10,685 nt of DNA from Candidatus Diapherotrites archaeon CG10_big_fil_rev_8_21_14_0_10_31_34. Its GTDB lineage: Archaea > Iainarchaeota > Iainarchaeia > Iainarchaeales > 1-14-0-10-31-34. Below, one piece after another: positions 5,926 to 10,685 of this stretch. The DNA lies in NCBI GenBank assembly GCA_002763225.1, contig PFAI01000020.1, positions 29,148-39,832 on the forward strand. Reading direction: 5' to 3'. The notes beneath the pieces are model-generated. The model saw only the letters and a program-made list of their open reading frames with translations. It was not told the origin of the DNA and did not search any database. Both the position numbers and the translations under genes were made by a program. How positions within the stretch are numbered: the first letter of the stretch is position 1; each line of letters opens with the position of its first letter.

Positions 5926-7320
5926 CTAATTCTTTTTTTCTTTTTTTAATTCAATATTCAGTTCGTTTAATTGTTCTTTTGTCACTTTGCTTGGCGCATC
6001 CTCAAGCAAAGAAACACTGTTTTTGTTTTTTGGAAAAGCAATTACTTCTCTTATTGATTCACTACCTGTTAAAATCATTATTAATCTGTCTAATCCGACT
6101 GCAAACCCTCCATGAGGAGGACAACCATATTCAAATGCATCCAGTAAAAAACCGAATTTTTGTTTTGCGTCTTCTTCTGTTATGCCCAAAAAATCAAATA
6201 TCTTGTTTTGCTGTTTTCTGTCATGGATTCTGATTGAACCGCTTCCTAATTCAGTGCCGTTTAAAACCAAATCATATGAACGGCTTCTGATTGAAAGAAG
6301 GTCTTTTTTGTTTTTTGAATCAAACTTTTTTTCATCTTCTTTGTTGAATTGAGTAAAAGGATGATGACATGGAACAATTTGCCCTAAATCATTTTCTTCA
6401 AATAAAGGAAAATCTGTTACCCATACAAAAGAATACTTTAATTTTGTTTCTTTTCTTGTGTCAGGTTTATCTGATTTATATTTTTCTTTTGCTTCAGCGT
6501 GAGTCATCCTTGGAAAAGGAATCTTTATTTTTTCATTTAAAACTTTTTCAAAAACGTGTTTAATCATTTTTTCTATTACTGTATAAACATCTTCTTCTTC
6601 AACAAAACTCATCTCTAAATCCAGTTGAGTGAATTCCGGTTGCCTGTCTCCTCTTAAATCCTCGTCCCTAAAACATCTTGCTATCTGAAAATATTTATCT
6701 ATTCCTGCAACCATTAACAATTGCTTGTATATCTGAGGGCTTTGAGGCAAAGCAAAAAATTTTCCTTTAAAAATCCTGCTAGGCACCAGATAATCTCTTG
6801 CTCCTTCAGGAGTGCTTTTAGATAATCCAGGAGTTTCAATTTCCAAAAAGTTTTCTGAATCAAATAAATCTCTTATTGATTTAATTACTTTGTGTCTTAA
6901 AAAAAGTTTATCATACATTGATTTTCTTCTTAAATCCAGATACCTGTATTTTAGTCTTGTGTCTTCATTTGCATTAACCTCGTCCTGAATCTGAAACGGA
7001 AGGGTTTTGCATTTATTTAATATTTCAATTCCTTGAGAAGTAACCTCTATTTCTCCTGTCGGAGTCTTTGGATTTGGATCAGGCCTTTTTTTTACTGTTC
7101 CATGAACTCTTAAAACAAACTCATTGCCTAATGAATCAACTATTTTTTCCATTTCTTTGTTTTTCTTTAAAACAAAAATCTGGGTAAAACCAGTTCTGTC
7201 CCCTAAATCAATAAAAGCAAATTTTTTTTGGTTTCTAATGGAACGAATCCAGCCCTCTAATACAACTTTTTTCCCAATATCTTTTTCAGTTAATTCACCG
7301 CAATAATTGGTTTTCTTCAT
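5926..7320 (-). CDS. aspS: Aspartyl-tRNA synthetase, bacterial type, lacking the GAD insertion domain
   Basis: Bacterial signatures KTNYCGEL, RLKYRYLDLRR, STPEGARDYLVPSR, FALPQSPQIYKQLLM, ARCFRDEDLRGDRQPEFTQLD, HHPFT, YDLVLNG.ELGSGSIRIH, PPHGGFAVGLDR; only 464 aa; GAGTGA RBS. Confidence 0.95.
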   Translation of the reverse strand: MKKTNYCGELTEKDIGKKVVLEGWIRSIRNQKKFAFIDLGDRTGFTQIFVLKKNKEMEKIVDSLGNEFVLRVHGTVKKRPDPNPKTPTGEIEVTSQGIEILNKCKTLPFQIQDEVNANEDTRLKYRYLDLRRKSMYDKLFLRHKVIKSIRDLFDSENFLEIETPGLSKSTPEGARDYLVPSRIFKGKFFALPQSPQIYKQLLMVAGIDKYFQIARCFRDEDLRGDRQPEFTQLDLEMSFVEEEDVYTVIEKMIKHVFEKVLNEKIKIPFPRMTHAEAKEKYKSDKPDTRKETKLKYSFVWVTDFPLFEENDLGQIVPCHHPFTQFNKEDEKKFDSKNKKDLLSIRSRSYDLVLNGTELGSGSIRIHDRKQQNKIFDFLGITEEDAKQKFGFLLDAFEYGCPPHGGFAVGLDRLIMILTGSESIREVIAFPKNKNSVSLLEDAPSKVTKEQLNELNIELKKEKKN

Positions 7321-7392
7321 TTAATCACTCTTCTTTAATTATATTAAAGTTCTATTTTAAAATTAACTGTTTCTTCCAAAAAGCCTTTCTTT

Positions 7393-8565
7393 TTAATCCA
7401 TTATTCCAGGATATTTTTTCAAGTAATACTGTAAAGCCAAAGGAAAAGCAAGCGTAGTCAGAATAGTCATTAATACAATTGCAGTGTATAATTCATCTGG
7501 AAAACCAATTTTATGGTTTACAACTATTACAAGCATAACCAGTTCAATAAAACCTCTTGAATTCATTCCCCAGCCAACCAAAGTTAACTGATGCGCTGAA
7601 AGCCTGCTTTTAGGTTTAATAACCAAAACAGCAAACATTTTTCCGGCAAAAGCTATTGCCAAAACAGAAAAAATAATTAAGGGATTAAAAACAAGGCTGC
7701 CGGCAAAATGCAATCCAATATGCAAATGAAAGAAAGGAATGACTAAAGCAAAAGTCAAAACCCTTAAATGGTTTTCAATTGCGTGCTCTATTTTCTCTGA
7801 CTTAAATGCTTTTCTTAAAAGCAGCCCTGCAATCAATGCCCCGATAATTGTTCCCAAAGAAAGCAAGGAAGCCAAAAAAGCTATTGCCAAAGCAATCAAT
7901 AAAGCCAGAGAAAAATATTCATCTTCACTTTCCTGTTTAAACAAAGCAACAAATTTTGGGAGAAGCCTTAATGCAATAAAAACAGCTGCAAGAAATCCAA
8001 TCACTTCAACCGGAAGAAACGCCAGATCATTTCCTGAAGTTTCTCCGACAAAAAAAAGCAGTAAAGACAAAAACACTAATTCAAAAATAATATTTATTGC
8101 TCCGGCCAGCATCATTATTTCCCCTAATTTTGTTTCCAGAACCCCTTTTTTCATTAAAGCAATAGATTTAGTTGCTTCAGAAGAAACAGATAAAGCTGCG
8201 CCTCCGATAAAAGCAAAAAGCAGGGAGCCATACATCAAAAAAACAAAAACAAAACCTAAAACAAACGGAATCAAAACAGACGAAAAAGAAATCAATAAAA
8301 CTTCTTTAGAACAATTCTTTATTTTTTTTAAGTCAATTTCCAGCCCAGTTAAAATTAACAGGAAAATTATTCCCACTTCAGATAAAACCAAAACCATTGT
8401 ATTATTCTGCAAAGGAAAAATTCCGGCCCAAAAAGGCAGCCCTAAAACTAATCCGGCAATAATCTGGCCGATTATTCTTGGAAGGTGAAACCTGGAAAAG
8501 ATTTCTCCAAAAACAAATGCAAACAAGATTACAACAAAAAACAACAATAAATTAGGGTCAAGCAT
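7393..8565 (-). CDS. Cation:proton antiporter (CPA2, NapA/Kef-like membrane domain, no C-terminal KTN domain)
   Basis: Roughly 12 hydrophobic segments; LPRIIGQIIAGLVLG, EVGIIFLLILTGLEID, IIGALIAG, IPFF..IGL, GK, GMNSRG. Confidence 0.88.
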   Translation of the reverse strand: MLDPNLLLFFVVILFAFVFGEIFSRFHLPRIIGQIIAGLVLGLPFWAGIFPLQNNTMVLVLSEVGIIFLLILTGLEIDLKKIKNCSKEVLLISFSSVLIPFVLGFVFVFLMYGSLLFAFIGGAALSVSSEATKSIALMKKGVLETKLGEIMMLAGAINIIFELVFLSLLLFFVGETSGNDLAFLPVEVIGFLAAVFIALRLLPKFVALFKQESEDEYFSLALLIALAIAFLASLLSLGTIIGALIAGLLLRKAFKSEKIEHAIENHLRVLTFALVIPFFHLHIGLHFAGSLVFNPLIIFSVLAIAFAGKMFAVLVIKPKSRLSAHQLTLVGWGMNSRGFIELVMLVIVVNHKIGFPDELYTAIVLMTILTTLAFPLALQYYLKKYPGIMD

Positions 8566-8612
8566 AACCTAATCATTACATCAAAGAAATACTTAATTAT
8601 TTCGTTTAATAC

Positions 8613-8719
8613 GGCGGCGTAGAAATCCTCTGAATTGAATTTTAAAATGCAGTCAATTAGCAAATAAAAGCATTTTATGAAACACTAAATTCAGGTTTAT
8701 AAAGGATTTTTACAGAGCC
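8613..8719. mobile_element. MITE-like non-autonomous element, 107 bp, with imperfect 17-bp TIRs and a 9-bp target-site duplication
   Basis: Left end GGCGGCGTAGAAATCCT versus reverse complement of right end GGCTCTGTAAAAATCCT (13/17). Flanked by direct GTTTAATAC at 8604-8612 and 8720-8728. Nested internal inverted repeats; no ORF. Confidence 0.72.
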
Positions 8720-8721
8720 GT

Positions 8722-9045
8722 TTAATACTCTTTGATTAAACCGCATTCTTCATTTAATTCAACGAAATGCTTTGCTTTCCCTTCCCTGAAAGCAGAACAC
8801 TGGTTTTCAGCTTGATTATCAACTTCTTCTCTTGGATTATGCGCAATATCACAGACATAATCAGGGTTTTTTTCCAAGGGGTTTGCAATACAAGGTCCGC
8901 TGGAAAAATCAGTTTCAGCTTTAATTTCCTTGCATAAAGAAATGCATTCTTTTACTGCATCAGGAAAAGGAATTGGTTCAGGCTTAGGATAAAGGCAGCC
9001 AAAAAATAACACAGTTAAAGCCAGAAACAAAAAAACTTTTTTCAC
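8722..9045 (-). CDS. Small Cys-rich predicted lipoprotein of unknown function
   Basis: GTG start; MKKVFLFLALTVLFFGC lipobox-like signal (Cys17); six more Cys; TTTAAATA (minus) at 9068-9075. Confidence 0.8.
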   Translation of the reverse strand: MKKVFLFLALTVLFFGCLYPKPEPIPFPDAVKECISLCKEIKAETDFSSGPCIANPLEKNPDYVCDIAHNPREEVDNQAENQCSAFREGKAKHFVELNEECGLIKEY

Positions 9046-9085
9046 AGTAAATGATTAATTTAACTGTTATTTAAACTTTTTGAAA

Positions 9086-10072
9086 TCAAAAATCCAGTAA
9101 ATTGCTTTGGCTGGACTTATTTAAAGGCCTTGCATTAACCCCTAATTTTCTTCTGATAGAAGAAGCAAACTGCTCGGCAAAACCATGATTAGTTAAAACA
9201 TTTTTTGCTCCGGATTCTTTAACGTATTTTAATAACTGATTAAAGTCAGCGTGATCAGATAAAGGAAAACTTTTTGTTCCACGAAAACCATTCCAGCCGG
9301 AAAAAACTGCAGAAGAAACTTTTCTTCCGGAAGAAATCTCTAAAGCAGTAATCAAATCAGGGTTAAGCAGATGAGGAGGAATAATCAAAACATTAAATTC
9401 TTTTAAATTGTGATTTAATAACTCAAATTTTCCTAATTTTGTTCCGCTTTTTTCATAAACTTTGTTTGGCTCAAAAATAGTCTGATGAACTAAAGGAATT
9501 TCATCCAAAAATTTATTGGAAAGTTTAGTTAATTCCTGTGCTTTGCCGATTGAATAGCCTCCTAAAACCAGTAATTTATTTTCTTTTAATTCTTGTTTCC
9601 CCCATTTCTCTATTTTTTCATAAATTTTTTTTCTTTCAGGAAAAACATATTCAGGAGAACCAAAAGTTGATTCAATAACCAGAGTTTCTGCCTGAAGAAT
9701 TTCTGCTTTATCAAATAAAACTGAATCAGTTAACTTGAAGTCAGAAGTTAAAACTATTTCTCCTCCATTAACCCGAATTTGAGTGCTTCCAAGAATATGA
9801 CCTGAATGAAAAAACTCAAATTCAGTTGAATCCAAAGAAAACTTTTTTTTAAAAGGAATTTCTTTTACATTGAATTCTTTTGTGTTTCTTGTTTTAATCA
9901 GATTTTTTGTTTCAGGAGTCATAAAAAAAGTTTTTTCTTTTGCCTTAGAAACTTTAGCATGATCTGAATGAGCATGAGTTATAATAAAATTCTTTTTTTT
10001 CGCTGAATTGTTATCCGGATCAATTACTGTGTCTTCAACCAAAACCCCTTTTTCGTGCTTTATTTTCGCCAT
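9086..10072 (-). CDS. Metallo-beta-lactamase fold, beta-CASP family nuclease (short COG1236-like form)
   Basis: THAHSDH (HxHxDH), GHILGS, SDF, IESTFG (motif A), YSIGKAQE, LSDHAD (motif B), NHG (motif C). Confidence 0.88.
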   Translation of the reverse strand: MAKIKHEKGVLVEDTVIDPDNNSAKKKNFIITHAHSDHAKVSKAKEKTFFMTPETKNLIKTRNTKEFNVKEIPFKKKFSLDSTEFEFFHSGHILGSTQIRVNGGEIVLTSDFKLTDSVLFDKAEILQAETLVIESTFGSPEYVFPERKKIYEKIEKWGKQELKENKLLVLGGYSIGKAQELTKLSNKFLDEIPLVHQTIFEPNKVYEKSGTKLGKFELLNHNLKEFNVLIIPPHLLNPDLITALEISSGRKVSSAVFSGWNGFRGTKSFPLSDHADFNQLLKYVKESGAKNVLTNHGFAEQFASSIRRKLGVNARPLNKSSQSNLLDF

Positions 10073-10135
10073 AAAAAAGAGAAAATCAAATAAAAATATA
10101 AACTAAAAGGATGAAATAAATAACAGGGGGTATAA

Positions 10136-10685
10136 ATGGAACATATTTTAGATAAATTAGTGTTTAAAGCAAACGAACTGCATGAAACAATTACATCAAA
10201 TGAATGGAAAAGTTATACAAGAAAAAGTTTTGTTCATGCATTAAACAACACAATTACAAGACTTGAAGATTTATTAGAAATAATTGAAGAACTAAATAAA
10301 AGAATTGAAAGAGAGCCTTCAGTTGATTCACCTGATTTAAGCCCTTTAATTACTTCATACAATAAAACTTTGATTGCTTTAAGAAGAAACATTGTATTAG
10401 AAGAAGCAAAAAAAGAAATGCCTTTTGACTTAAAAGAAAAAACTGAAGTACCTGAATTATATGCTTTTATGGGACAAAAAATTATGTCCTTGTTATTGAA
10501 AACACGGTTTGCAGTAGAACGCGTTCATTTACATTCAATAAAAGAAAGGATTACCCCTGAACAGGAAAAAGCTACTGCAAAAAACATTTTTTCTTTGCTG
10601 CAGGCAAAAGAAAAAGAACTTGAAGAACTAAGAGAAAAATACGAGAAATTAAGGCAAAAAAATCTTTCAGCTAATTTAGGAGAAA
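10136..10685 (+). CDS. Hypothetical helical/coiled-coil protein; runs off the window edge
   Basis: Not in the ORF track. ATG at 10136 follows GGGGGT (10126-10131) and the frame is open for 183 codons to the edge: MEHILDKLVFKANELHETI...LEDLLEIIEELNKRIE...LLQAKEKELEELREKYEKLRQKNL. Confidence 0.8.
   Translation, partial: MEHILDKLVFKANELHETITSNEWKSYTRKSFVHALNNTITRLEDLLEIIEELNKRIEREPSVDSPDLSPLITSYNKTLIALRRNIVLEEAKKEMPFDLKEKTEVPELYAFMGQKIMSLLLKTRFAVERVHLHSIKERITPEQEKATAKNIFSLLQAKEKELEELREKYEKLRQKNLSANLGE

Noticed and set aside
5979..7306. Plus-strand ORFs 5979-6233, 6369-6563 and 7124-7306
   Set aside because: Antisense shadows inside aspS.
7739..8488. 249-aa K/A/N-rich plus-strand ORF
   Set aside because: Codon-aligned antisense of the hydrophobic antiporter gene; its composition simply mirrors Phe/Leu/Ile/Ala codons.
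8611..8721. tRNA or known riboswitch
   Set aside because: The fold is a rod rather than a cloverleaf, with no T-loop consensus or aptamer motif I recognise; the flanking duplication points to an insertion.

Overview
AT-rich archaeal DNA, probably DPANN-like (inferred from GGTGA/GGGGT ribosome-binding sites, TATA boxes about 25-30 nt before starts, and archaeal gene families). It holds 9 complete and 2 edge-truncated CDSs; the ORF track missed both truncated ones. The core is an Asp/Asn module: asnS (AsnRS), an archaeal AsnRS-like asparagine synthetase A, a divergent Lrp/AsnC regulator with a palindrome over its start, and a bacterial-type AspRS lacking the GAD domain. Flanking genes encode a double-HTH regulator with a small membrane protein, a class II FBP aldolase, a CPA2 antiporter, a Cys-rich lipoprotein, a beta-CASP hydrolase and two orphans. 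The intergenic DNA is unusually structured: a 107-bp MITE-like element with a 9-bp target duplication, a 28-bp palindromic repeat with compensatory changes and a degenerate copy about 5 kb away, a cluster of inverted repeats, and a possible small RNA. No tRNA, rRNA, CRISPR array or transposase was seen. All family calls come from recognising motifs by eye; no database searches were run.
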